From Helicobacteraceae bacterium (GTDB lineage: Bacteria > Campylobacterota > Campylobacteria > Campylobacterales > Sulfurimonadaceae), in assembly GCA_027052175.1 (NCBI GenBank), contig JALUFE010000013.1:1-58172 (forward strand): a DNA stretch of 58,172 bases, given 5' to 3'. Shown piece by piece: positions 1-7,301 of the stretch (the first letter of the stretch is position 1; every line of letters begins with the position of its first letter). The translations under genes and the position numbers were made by a program. A model generated the notes under the pieces. The model did no database searches. It was not told where the DNA came from and saw only the letters and a list, made by a program, of their open reading frames with translations.

Positions 1-1
1 C

Positions 2-10
2 TGATATAAT
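2..10 (+). promoter_or_regulatory. candidate extended -10 element (TGATATAAT)
   Basis: TGnTATAAT match 35 nt upstream of the ATG at 45. AAGGAGG Shine-Dalgarno at 33-39. Any activator site would lie outside the window. Confidence 0.35.
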
Positions 11-44
11 TCGGACAAAATTACTCTTATTTAAGGAGGCAGAG

Positions 45-389
45 ATGAACACTCTACCACAAAATGCACAAGAAACAAAGATTGAGGGCGCTACCGTCCC
101 TTTTTATACCTATGAAGAGGATGGTGTAAACTATCTTTATTTCGACAGTTCCAAAACTGGTCATCCCGAACCGATGATAAACGCCATGGCCGGGCTTAAA
201 GCACTTGAAGATGGCCAAAAACTCGTAATGGTAAACCACAAAGCGCCGATGGGACTCTTCCCTAAAATAGAAGCTGATTATGACTATGAAGTCATAGAAC
301 TTGAAAACGGTCTTTTCAAAATAGTTTTCAGTAAAAAAACGGATGCAGCCGGAGCGACAGACTACGACGATACTGCTTGCAACGGATAA
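45..389 (+). CDS. DUF2249-like small protein
   Basis: 114 aa. GHPEPM...GQKLVMVNHKAPMGLFPKI resembles the DUF2249 pattern (H-x-P ... N-D-H-x-P-x-P-L). Strong SD. First gene of a co-oriented cluster. Confidence 0.55.
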   Translation: MNTLPQNAQETKIEGATVPFYTYEEDGVNYLYFDSSKTGHPEPMINAMAGLKALEDGQKLVMVNHKAPMGLFPKIEADYDYEVIELENGLFKIVFSKKTDAAGATDYDDTACNG

Positions 390-392
390 AAA

Positions 393-1628
393 ATGGCGGT
401 TTCAACCGATTTCGCTCCACCGTTTAAGCTGATAGCACCCTACTTTATACTGGGTATTTTCGCTTTTGTCATATCGGTTTTCATGCTCTATGGAGTGGAT
501 GTCGAAGATATCTTTCAGACTTCGGCCCAGACGATAGCGTGGGTGCATCTGTTTTTACTTGGATTTGTAATGATGATAATATTTGGTGCGATGGCGCAGC
601 TGGTTCCTGTCGTGCTCGAAGTCGGTCATTTCGCGGTCGATCTCTACTATGCCATCTATCCGCTCCTGTTTATCGGCTCGTTCACGATGGGGTACGGTTT
701 TTTGTATGCACCCGGTGTCCTGCCTTATGGCGGTATAATCGTACTTATATCTCTCCTTATCTTCGTCGCCGAAACTTTTTTGACCATTAACAAGGTCAAA
801 AAGTTCAACACGGTTATGATCAGTGTCATCATTGCCAATCTCTTTTTGTTGTTTGGAATGCTCTTTGGCATCACTTTGGCACTAGGCTATGCCGGTGAGA
901 TCAATGTAGATCTCTCGGCTCTCCTGCAGGCACATGTCTATCTCGTACTTTTTGGCTATGTTGGAGTGACGATCATGGGAATCAGCATGGTCCTTTTACC
1001 TATGTTCTGGCTTAGCCACAGCTTTAGCTGGAAACCTGTACAAACAGCATTGTGGCTGATATCTGTCGGTGTTGTCGCTGTAGTCTTCTCTTCACTGACG
1101 GATATACAGGTTATAGCCTATATAGGATACATGCTTACACTTCTGGCTTACGCTTTTTATATCTACCAGATATACATCATCTACAAAACACGCGTACGTA
1201 TCGAGAAGGATATCTACAGAGACTCCCTGCTTTTCTCCTATATCAGTTTTATAATGGCTCTCCTCTTTGGTGTTGCCGGTTTCATAACCAAAAATGAGCA
1301 TATATTTATAGCAGGAGGATTTCTTGCTCTTGTCGGTTTCGTTGCCTTTTTGATCATCGGACATCTGTATAAGATCGTTCCGTTTTTGGTTTGGTATCAG
1401 CGCTTCAGCCCACTGGTCGGTAAGGAAAAAGTTCCTATGCTTGCCGATATGGTTCCAGCTCGCAGTGCGAAATTCGGTTTTAGCTACAATGCTGCCGGAG
1501 TTGCGGTTGCTACGGCGGCACTTGCAACTTCCCAGCCGGTTTTGTTCGATGCCGGTGTGAGCTTTTTACTTGTCGGCTCACTTTTTGTCTTCAAAGATAT
1601 TATTTATATGATTAATTACAAAGGATAA
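393..1628 (+). CDS. polytopic (about 12 TM) membrane protein with His-containing TM motifs, tentatively NnrS-like
   Basis: 411 aa. Repeated motif H-x3-L-G-F/Y-V-x4-G-x5-P (WVHLFLLGFVMMIIFGAMAQLVP; AHVYLVLFGYVGVTIMGISMVLLP; IGHLYKIVPF). Starts 3 nt after the previous stop. Certain as a CDS; the family call is tentative. Confidence 0.5.
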   Translation: MAVSTDFAPPFKLIAPYFILGIFAFVISVFMLYGVDVEDIFQTSAQTIAWVHLFLLGFVMMIIFGAMAQLVPVVLEVGHFAVDLYYAIYPLLFIGSFTMGYGFLYAPGVLPYGGIIVLISLLIFVAETFLTINKVKKFNTVMISVIIANLFLLFGMLFGITLALGYAGEINVDLSALLQAHVYLVLFGYVGVTIMGISMVLLPMFWLSHSFSWKPVQTALWLISVGVVAVVFSSLTDIQVIAYIGYMLTLLAYAFYIYQIYIIYKTRVRIEKDIYRDSLLFSYISFIMALLFGVAGFITKNEHIFIAGGFLALVGFVAFLIIGHLYKIVPFLVWYQRFSPLVGKEKVPMLADMVPARSAKFGFSYNAAGVAVATAALATSQPVLFDAGVSFLLVGSLFVFKDIIYMINYKG

Positions 1629-1631
1629 AAT

Positions 1632-1943
1632 ATGATAACTAAAGAGGATATCTACAAAGCTATCTCCACAGTAAAAGACCCTGAAGTCGGATTCAACTTA
1701 GTCGAAATGGGACTTATCTACGATGCCACTTTCGACGAAGCGACCAAACATGTGCAGGTAACGATGACACTCAGCACCAAAGCATGTCCTCTCCATCAGA
1801 TGATCCTGCAGTGGGTACAAGAGGCGGTTTTGCGAGAACTTCCGGAAGTGGAATCCGTCGACATCACTCTTGTCTGGGAACCTGCTTGGAATATCTCGAT
1901 GGCAGATGAAAATGTCAAAAAAGCTCTTGGAGGCGCTTCTTAA
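1632..1943 (+). CDS. DUF59 / MIP18-family (SufT/PaaD-like) metal-sulfur cluster assembly protein
   Basis: 103 aa. Typical DUF59 N-terminus (IYKAISTVKDPEVGFNLVEMGLIY) and conserved Cys (STKACPL). Confidence 0.85.
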   Translation: MITKEDIYKAISTVKDPEVGFNLVEMGLIYDATFDEATKHVQVTMTLSTKACPLHQMILQWVQEAVLRELPEVESVDITLVWEPAWNISMADENVKKALGGAS

Positions 1944-1955
1944 AACAAATTTCAA

Positions 1956-1978
1956 TACTGCCTAATATTTAGGCAGTA
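1956..1978 (+). other. perfect 10-bp stem / 3-nt loop hairpin after the DUF59 gene
   Basis: TACTGCCTAA-TAT-TTAGGCAGTA. It is followed by A-rich rather than T-rich sequence, so it is not a classical intrinsic terminator on the + strand. Confidence 0.4.
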
Positions 1979-2065
1979 AAATAACTACAAAACCGTTTAT
2001 TTTTCCTATAATCCTTTGGTAATTTTGGGAAAACCGCTGATTGCTTGTTTTCCATGATTTTCATT

Positions 2066-2104
2066 TCAATATTTCTATATTCCTCTATTTATTAGAAATA
2101 TTGA
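2066..2104. promoter_or_regulatory. 12-bp perfect inverted repeat (TCAATATTTCTA-N15-TAGAAATATTGA) upstream of the HCO-like operon
   Basis: Read directly from the sequence. It ends 24 nt before the ATG at 2129. A TATAAT at 2007-2012 and a second 7-bp hairpin (2028-2034 / 2047-2053) lie upstream. Confidence 0.45.
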
Positions 2105-2128
2105 TATATTACAACTAAAGGATTGCTT

Positions 2129-2740
2129 ATGACGTTTGCTTCTTCGGCAGAACTACTGTCGTTTCACTGGGTCGTCTATACGATCTACGCAGCACTGATC
2201 CTCTCGGTGATTGTCTGGTTCGCTTACAACCTTACAAGAAAAGAGAAGGTCAAATCTATCGTGCGTATTCCGTTTTATGGGTATATTGCCGTATTGGTTG
2301 CCGGCGGTGTGGGACACCACATCTTTACATACAACTCCATACCATGGGTTGCACAAGACATTATGCGTGACGAGATCAAACCGGACGCTTCTTACGAGAT
2401 CACGATCAAAGATCACAAGTGGATCGATCTTCCCAAAAAAGTGGTCGTCCAATGTGGTCAAACGGTTCGCTTCAATGCCAGAAGCGAAGATCTTGTTTAT
2501 GGATTTGGACTCTTTAGACAAGACGGAACAATGGCTATGCAGATGCAGGTCAATCCAGGTAAAGATGCTACAGGGATACTCAAACCAAACGACATCCTCT
2601 GGACATTCAACAAAAACGGCAGCTTCGATCTGACCTCGACGGAGTACTCCGGACCGGAGCAGTATGATGAAAACGGACACGACAAAATGCTGGTAAAAAA
2701 CTGGCTTGAAGTTGTCGGATGTGAAAAGAAAAAGGGGTAA
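2129..2740 (+). CDS. heme-copper oxidase subunit II-like cupredoxin protein lacking CuA ligands
   Basis: Two N-terminal TM helices plus a cupredoxin-like domain. CuA ligand positions read SEDLVYGF (His to Tyr) and STEYSGPEQ (Cys to Ser, Cys to Ser, His to Gln). ATG at 2129 preferred over the TTG at 2123 (AAAGGA SD at 2116-2121). Confidence 0.7.
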   Translation: MTFASSAELLSFHWVVYTIYAALILSVIVWFAYNLTRKEKVKSIVRIPFYGYIAVLVAGGVGHHIFTYNSIPWVAQDIMRDEIKPDASYEITIKDHKWIDLPKKVVVQCGQTVRFNARSEDLVYGFGLFRQDGTMAMQMQVNPGKDATGILKPNDILWTFNKNGSFDLTSTEYSGPEQYDENGHDKMLVKNWLEVVGCEKKKG

Positions 2741-2743
2741 AAT

Positions 2744-4417
2744 ATGAGTTTGATGAACAATTTGATAAACGGTACGGACTTTGATCATACAAAGCTCAAC
2801 GCTTTACAGAAAGTCACACTGCGTGCAGTCGTTATGAGCTTTCTTTTTTACGGACTTGTAGCGACTGAGGGGATGATCATGAGAATGGTGCAAACAGGTC
2901 CATCCAATCCTCTGCCTTCGATGTTCTCTCATCCGGATCACTACTTCTCGATCATGACGGTACACCCGATCGTGGGGATATTCGGCTCGACCTATCAACT
3001 GGTCTTTGCGGCGTTTATGTTCCTAGTACCCTACCTCACCAAAAAGCCACTCTACAGCGTCAAACTCGCCAATGCGGTCTGGTTACTCATCACGATAGGA
3101 ACGGCTCTGGCATGGCTTGCGGCATTCTTTACGCATTATGCACCGCTTTATACGCTCTACTGGCCGCTTCCTGCCGACACCTCACAGTTTAGCACCATCG
3201 GCGGAATCGTCTTCATCATCGGTATCGCACTTATCATGATAGGAACACTCGGTTTTATCTACAACATCTATGCGACAATCTTCGCACGTGTGGGTATCCA
3301 TAAAAACAAAACGACAAAAGAGTTGCTTATCTCCGGATTTGGGATCGATGGAATGCTCAACCTCGTCCACAAACTCACGGGCAAACCACCCTACTCCAAA
3401 GAGCCTGCACTCGCCCTTCCGGTCGTCGCTATCTTCCGTGGTACGGTCGATACCTTCCTCGATGCCATCGTCATCCTCGGTGCCGGGGTACTTGTGCTTG
3501 TTTATCTACTCTTCGATCTCGGCGGGCATCCACTGAGTGTCGAAGCGATCAGTGCACTTCTATACAAAAACTACTTCTGGTGGGGTCTTGACCTTGTTGC
3601 TGATGGACTTGTTCTTATCTATGTCGCGGGGAGCTGGTATCTTCTAGCTACACTCATCACTGGACAGAAGCTCTTTATGGAAAACGTCGCGCGTGCAGCA
3701 CTTATGCTCGAACTCCTCGTCTCCTGGATGGTATGGTCACACCACCTCCTCTCCGATCAGCCACAGCCTGAAATGATGAAACTGATCTCTGGAGAGATGG
3801 TTACGGCATTCGAGTTGCTTACACAAGGGCTTGCGCTCTTTATCACGCTTGTAACACTCTGGAAAGCCAGACCGCTTAAAATGACACCACCGCTTGCTTA
3901 TCTTCTCGGTGGTCTTGCGGGCTTCGGTCTTGCCGTACCGGCGGGAATCATCCAGGCGGACATGGGGCTTAACCGTGTACTTCACAATACACAGTGGATC
4001 AGTTTTGCACACTTCCACATAGCGCTGATCGTTGGGCTGTATATGACACTCTACAGTGCGCTTTACGTCCTCTGGCCGCTTGTAACAAACAACACTACGC
4101 TCTTTTCCAAAAAAATGACGTGGACACACTTCTGGCTCTACCTCATCGGCGGGATCGGAATGGGTGCCTTTGGCGGGATGGCAGGACTTGAAGGGATGCT
4201 TCGCCGACATCTCTATGTCAACGGTGAGTTCAACACGCTTATGATCCTTGCAGCCGTATTTGGCAGTATGATCCTCATCGCCTGGGTGATTTTCCTACTC
4301 AATATCGTCCTCTCCGTCGGTCTCAAAGGGCTTATAGGCATCTTTCTGCCGGCCGAAGATGAAACCGCATCTTTTGGCATCGAACCCGAACCTGAACCGG
4401 TTCCCGTCAAAGCATAA
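2744..4417 (+). CDS. heme-copper oxidase subunit I-like protein, NOR-like active site (D283/D287/H333/H334)
   Basis: 557 aa, about 12-14 TM. Has MTVHPIVG (H74), FWWGLDLVADG, WSHHLL (H333/H334) and LHNTQWISFAHFHIAL (H414/H423/H425). No CXXCH. Confidence 0.8.
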   Translation: MSLMNNLINGTDFDHTKLNALQKVTLRAVVMSFLFYGLVATEGMIMRMVQTGPSNPLPSMFSHPDHYFSIMTVHPIVGIFGSTYQLVFAAFMFLVPYLTKKPLYSVKLANAVWLLITIGTALAWLAAFFTHYAPLYTLYWPLPADTSQFSTIGGIVFIIGIALIMIGTLGFIYNIYATIFARVGIHKNKTTKELLISGFGIDGMLNLVHKLTGKPPYSKEPALALPVVAIFRGTVDTFLDAIVILGAGVLVLVYLLFDLGGHPLSVEAISALLYKNYFWWGLDLVADGLVLIYVAGSWYLLATLITGQKLFMENVARAALMLELLVSWMVWSHHLLSDQPQPEMMKLISGEMVTAFELLTQGLALFITLVTLWKARPLKMTPPLAYLLGGLAGFGLAVPAGIIQADMGLNRVLHNTQWISFAHFHIALIVGLYMTLYSALYVLWPLVTNNTTLFSKKMTWTHFWLYLIGGIGMGAFGGMAGLEGMLRRHLYVNGEFNTLMILAAVFGSMILIAWVIFLLNIVLSVGLKGLIGIFLPAEDETASFGIEPEPEPVPVKA

Positions 4418-4424
4418 CAAATTT

Positions 4425-4443
4425 CAAGGCCTTTTAGGCCTTG
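4425..4443 (+). terminator. weak stem-loop after the HCO subunit I-like gene
   Basis: CAAGGCC-TTTTA-GGCCTTG, 8 nt after the stop. No T-tract follows, and the next ATG is 14 nt downstream, so read-through is likely. Confidence 0.3.
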
Positions 4444-4456
4444 CCAAGGACAGCGT

Positions 4457-5062
4457 ATGATTCATCTGCCAAGAGTTGCCAAAGAGATTCAGACAATCGG
4501 ACTGTACGATCTTGTTTTACAGGATGTCCAAAAGATCACGGGCAAACAGAAACCTGCAGTGGATGAGATACAAGAAACACTCAAAACACATCCTCAAGTG
4601 CTGCAAGACTACAAACAGATCAATCTTGAGTACAACCTCAGCAACATTCATCTCAAAAATATCGAAGTGGAAAAACTTCCGCTTGATTGCAAAGAAGAGG
4701 CACAAAAGATCAACGAAAACCTCGAAAAACTGCGTGAAATAGAGAAATATACACTCGAATTCGAACAGAGCTCGACACTTGTCATCATATTTTCGGTGGA
4801 ATTTTTCGTTCTCTTTTCGGTACAGTACTTCATTGTCCTGCTCAATCTCAAAGAGTGGCAATGGTGGATATACGGCTTTTTCGCTCTCTCGATCGTTGCG
4901 GCCTGGCTCTATGCAAAAAAAGTCAAAAAACAGTATCATATCAACAGCGCTTTGTTCGAAGATCTCTACGAAAAAACGCTTGACATGATTGCGGAGCTTG
5001 AAAATCGCGGTTGTATAGACAAAAAGGAACTCATTATAGAGGAGTGCGAAGAGCATGTCTGA
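4457..5062 (+). CDS. hypothetical membrane protein (charged coiled-coil-like N-terminus, 2 TM)
   Basis: 201 aa. Overlaps the next ORF by 8 nt (ATGTCTGA). The antisense ORF 4517-5116 is Phe/Cys-rich and looks like a shadow frame. Confidence 0.5.
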   Translation: MIHLPRVAKEIQTIGLYDLVLQDVQKITGKQKPAVDEIQETLKTHPQVLQDYKQINLEYNLSNIHLKNIEVEKLPLDCKEEAQKINENLEKLREIEKYTLEFEQSSTLVIIFSVEFFVLFSVQYFIVLLNLKEWQWWIYGFFALSIVAAWLYAKKVKKQYHINSALFEDLYEKTLDMIAELENRGCIDKKELIIEECEEHV

Positions 5063-5546
5063 TACGGTATCCCTGCAGATAGAGTGGACAACAAACAAGG
5101 CTCTCCAGGCAAGCAAAGCACTCTACGACTATGAGATGAAACATTCACTCAAACGTTATATAGGCTGGCTTTTCATCGCCTTGATGCAGTTTGGCATCGT
5201 TGCACTTTTCAAACATCAAAATCCGATGCTTTTCCTTGTCAGTTCGTTTCTCGTTGTCTACTGGTACTATGGAAGATGGTATCTTCGCCGCCGTTTGATC
5301 GAAAAATTTTACAAGAAACAAAATCTCAAAAAAAACATCATCAAGTTTTCCTGTAACGATGAAAAGCTCACCATCGGCAACGAAAAACTTTCATGGGATG
5401 ACATTCTCTACGCTATAGACACGCAAAACGCACTGCTGCTGCAGACGCAGAATGAGACACTCTATCTTCCTTATGATGCATTCAAAGATATTGAGGACAT
5501 CTCCAAGTGTACACATTTCCTCAAATCGAAAGGAAAACTCCGATGA
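5055..5546 (+). CDS. YcxB-like membrane protein (2 TM plus C-terminal domain)
   Basis: 163 aa. The architecture and the RWYLRRRL segment after the TM pair resemble the YcxB family. Confidence 0.5.
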   Translation: MSDTVSLQIEWTTNKALQASKALYDYEMKHSLKRYIGWLFIALMQFGIVALFKHQNPMLFLVSSFLVVYWYYGRWYLRRRLIEKFYKKQNLKKNIIKFSCNDEKLTIGNEKLSWDDILYAIDTQNALLLQTQNETLYLPYDAFKDIEDISKCTHFLKSKGKLR

Positions 5547-5638
5547 ATCTTTTTTTTATAATCTCCGTTATCCTTTTCGTTGTCGCACTTCTCGTCGTCG
5601 GATTTGTTATGGACAAAGAGGATATTGAGAGTGATTAG
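5543..5638 (+). CDS. candidate 31-aa single-TM micro-protein
   Basis: MNLFFIISVILFVVALLVVGFVMDKEDIESD. Its ATG overlaps the previous stop (ATGA). Too short for the ORF track. No independent SD. Confidence 0.3.
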   Translation: MNLFFIISVILFVVALLVVGFVMDKEDIESD

Positions 5639-6636
5639 GCATGCAGACGTTCCCACTCCTTGAATGCCGGTGAAAAATACTCTATGCGTACTTTTTTGAA
5701 TTCACGTGTCGAATAGAGATAACGGAACTCCTCTATTTTGATCTCGTTCGCCATCTCACCTACAATCGTCTCGACCTCCTCTTTGGATTTCCCATGCACC
5801 ATGGAAAAAAGCGGATACGGCCAGGACGGAAATGTCGGGCGCAAATAGCAGTGACTGACTGCACTGTAAGCGGCAATTGTTTCACCTATTGACTCGGCCC
5901 TCTCTTCTGGCACGCGCCAAACTACCATCGCATTCGCCGTAAAACCAGCCTTTCTATGATACAGTATCGCTGCAAAACGCCGCATTATACCGGCATCCTG
6001 CATACGCTTGACCTCTCTTTGCAAAGTCTCATAGTCTATCCCCACTCTCTCGACAAGTTCGGCAAACGGTTCCTCTGTGGGCTCTATGTTTTTTTGCAGG
6101 CTGTGGATAAGTTCATAGTGCAACGGCTCTAAGGTCATGGGAATCTTTTTTTTCTTCGCCATCTTCTCTTTCTTGGCACGATCCCCCTTCATATCGAGCT
6201 GCACGGAAATTTTGAACATCTTTTTTGTCGGGAGAATCAGGTACTCTTCTGCTTGCGTCTTCTCTGCCAGCAGTTCCACCGTCTTTTCAAGTCCAAGAGT
6301 CGAATCGGGTGGAGAGGCGATCGTAAACCAGAGATTGAAATCATGATCACGCTCATAGTTGTGACTCACCCCCGGATGTGCATTGATGATCTCGGCCGCC
6401 TTCTCGATATCATCTACTTTGAAAGCTACGAGAGATGATTTGTAGCCCAATGATTTCGTATCGAAGATAGCCGACGTCTGGCGTATGACCTTCTCATCAC
6501 ACAGTTTTCGATAAAGTGACATCAGTTCCGACTCTGTCGCACCCAATTCCTCCGCCAATAACGCAAAAGGTCTCTTGACAACCGGAAAATCTTTTTGTAT
6601 CCGTGTTAAAAATTCTTTTTCCATATCTTTTTCCAT
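5635..6636 (-). CDS. nirDL: siroheme decarboxylase, fused NirD/NirL-type (two Lrp/AsnC-like modules), heme d1 biosynthesis
   Basis: 333 aa with two tandem HTH plus AsnC-type halves (FPVVKRPFALLAEELG...; EPFAELVERVGIDYETL...). Located in a nir cluster. Confidence 0.85.
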   Translation of the reverse strand: MEKDMEKEFLTRIQKDFPVVKRPFALLAEELGATESELMSLYRKLCDEKVIRQTSAIFDTKSLGYKSSLVAFKVDDIEKAAEIINAHPGVSHNYERDHDFNLWFTIASPPDSTLGLEKTVELLAEKTQAEEYLILPTKKMFKISVQLDMKGDRAKKEKMAKKKKIPMTLEPLHYELIHSLQKNIEPTEEPFAELVERVGIDYETLQREVKRMQDAGIMRRFAAILYHRKAGFTANAMVVWRVPEERAESIGETIAAYSAVSHCYLRPTFPSWPYPLFSMVHGKSKEEVETIVGEMANEIKIEEFRYLYSTREFKKVRIEYFSPAFKEWERLHA

Positions 6637-6643
6637 AGTGGTA

Positions 6644-6714
6644 ATTGTAGAGTTTTTTACTTTAACTGAGCTTTGATAGCGGTCAAGTGAATTGTTAACA
6701 AACTATGCTACTAT
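6644..6714. promoter_or_regulatory. divergent promoter region with one FNR/Dnr-type box TTGATAGCGGTCAA (6673-6686)
   Basis: The box has one mismatch to TTGAT-N4-ATCAA. TACAAT lies on the minus strand (6649-6644) and TACTAT on the plus strand (6709-6714). Each hexamer starts 29.5-30.5 nt from the box centre. Confidence 0.6.
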
Positions 6715-6719
6715 GCCGT

Positions 6720-7301
6720 ATGTCTTATTTTCCTGCATTCATCAAACTCGACAACAAAAAGATTCTTATAATAGGAGGCGGTAAGATCGCCGGTGAAAAG
6801 CTTGAGAAGCTTCTTGATTTTACCATTTCCATTACCGTCATCGCTCCCGAAATCCTGCCCAAAACGAGGCAATACATTCAACAACATTCTTTGCAGAAGT
6901 TAGAGCGCCGTTACCAAAGCGGTGATATCGACGATTTCGATATCGTCATCGTCGCCGTCGATGATATAGAAATGCAAAAAAGAGTGTACGAGGAGTGTGA
7001 AGCAAAGAGGATTTTGTGTAACAGTGTGGATTCGATCGATTATTGCGACTTTATTTTCCCTTCCTATACAAAAAAAGGTCCACTCACTATCGCTTACTCG
7101 ACTTCTGGCATCTCACCTGCTTTTGCAAAGTATCTGCGTCGCACGATGGAGCAGCTTATTCCCGACTCCGTAACGGACTTTTTATCTCAAATGCAGCTGC
7201 TGCGAAAATCGCTTCCAAAAGGCAAAGAACGTATGCAGTTGCTTGATGAAAAAGCTAAAACATATGTCAAACAACTCTTTAAGGACACAAATGTTCAGTA
7301 A
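6720..7301 (+). CDS. precorrin-2 dehydrogenase / sirohydrochlorin ferrochelatase (SirC / CysG-N / Met8-like)
   Basis: Rossmann motif ILIIGGGKIAGEKL. 193 aa from the ATG at 6720. The ATG at 6705 lies upstream of the predicted -10, so it is disfavoured. Confidence 0.8.
   Translation: MSYFPAFIKLDNKKILIIGGGKIAGEKLEKLLDFTISITVIAPEILPKTRQYIQQHSLQKLERRYQSGDIDDFDIVIVAVDDIEMQKRVYEECEAKRILCNSVDSIDYCDFIFPSYTKKGPLTIAYSTSGISPAFAKYLRRTMEQLIPDSVTDFLSQMQLLRKSLPKGKERMQLLDEKAKTYVKQLFKDTNVQ

Noticed and set aside
2101-2114. TTGATATATTACAA as a fourth FNR-type box in front of the HCO-like operon.
   Set aside because: There are two mismatches in the right half-site. Its centre is only 21 nt from the ATG, which leaves no room for a -10 or TSS. 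It is part of the 12-bp palindrome arm instead.
3521-3541. GGHPLSV (H262) in the HCO subunit I-like protein as the real GHPEVY-type active-site His motif.
   Set aside because: It is 71 residues from the HH pair, whereas the distance is 49-51 in HCO families and in the NorB of this window. It also lacks the preceding WW. D283 fits both criteria. A structure-based alignment should confirm this.
4517-5116. A 199-aa minus-strand ORF as an alternative to the plus-strand 4457-5062 / 5055-5546 genes.
   Set aside because: The plus-strand ORFs have TM helices, coupled overlaps and the orientation of the operon. The minus-strand ORF is Phe/Cys-rich and featureless.
6662-6698. TTAAC ... GTTAA half-sites (the C. 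jejuni NssR-type motif) flanking the box in the nirDL/sirC spacer.
   Set aside because: They are separated by 27 nt rather than 4, and the sequence between them is not palindromic. This is probably chance in AT-rich DNA.
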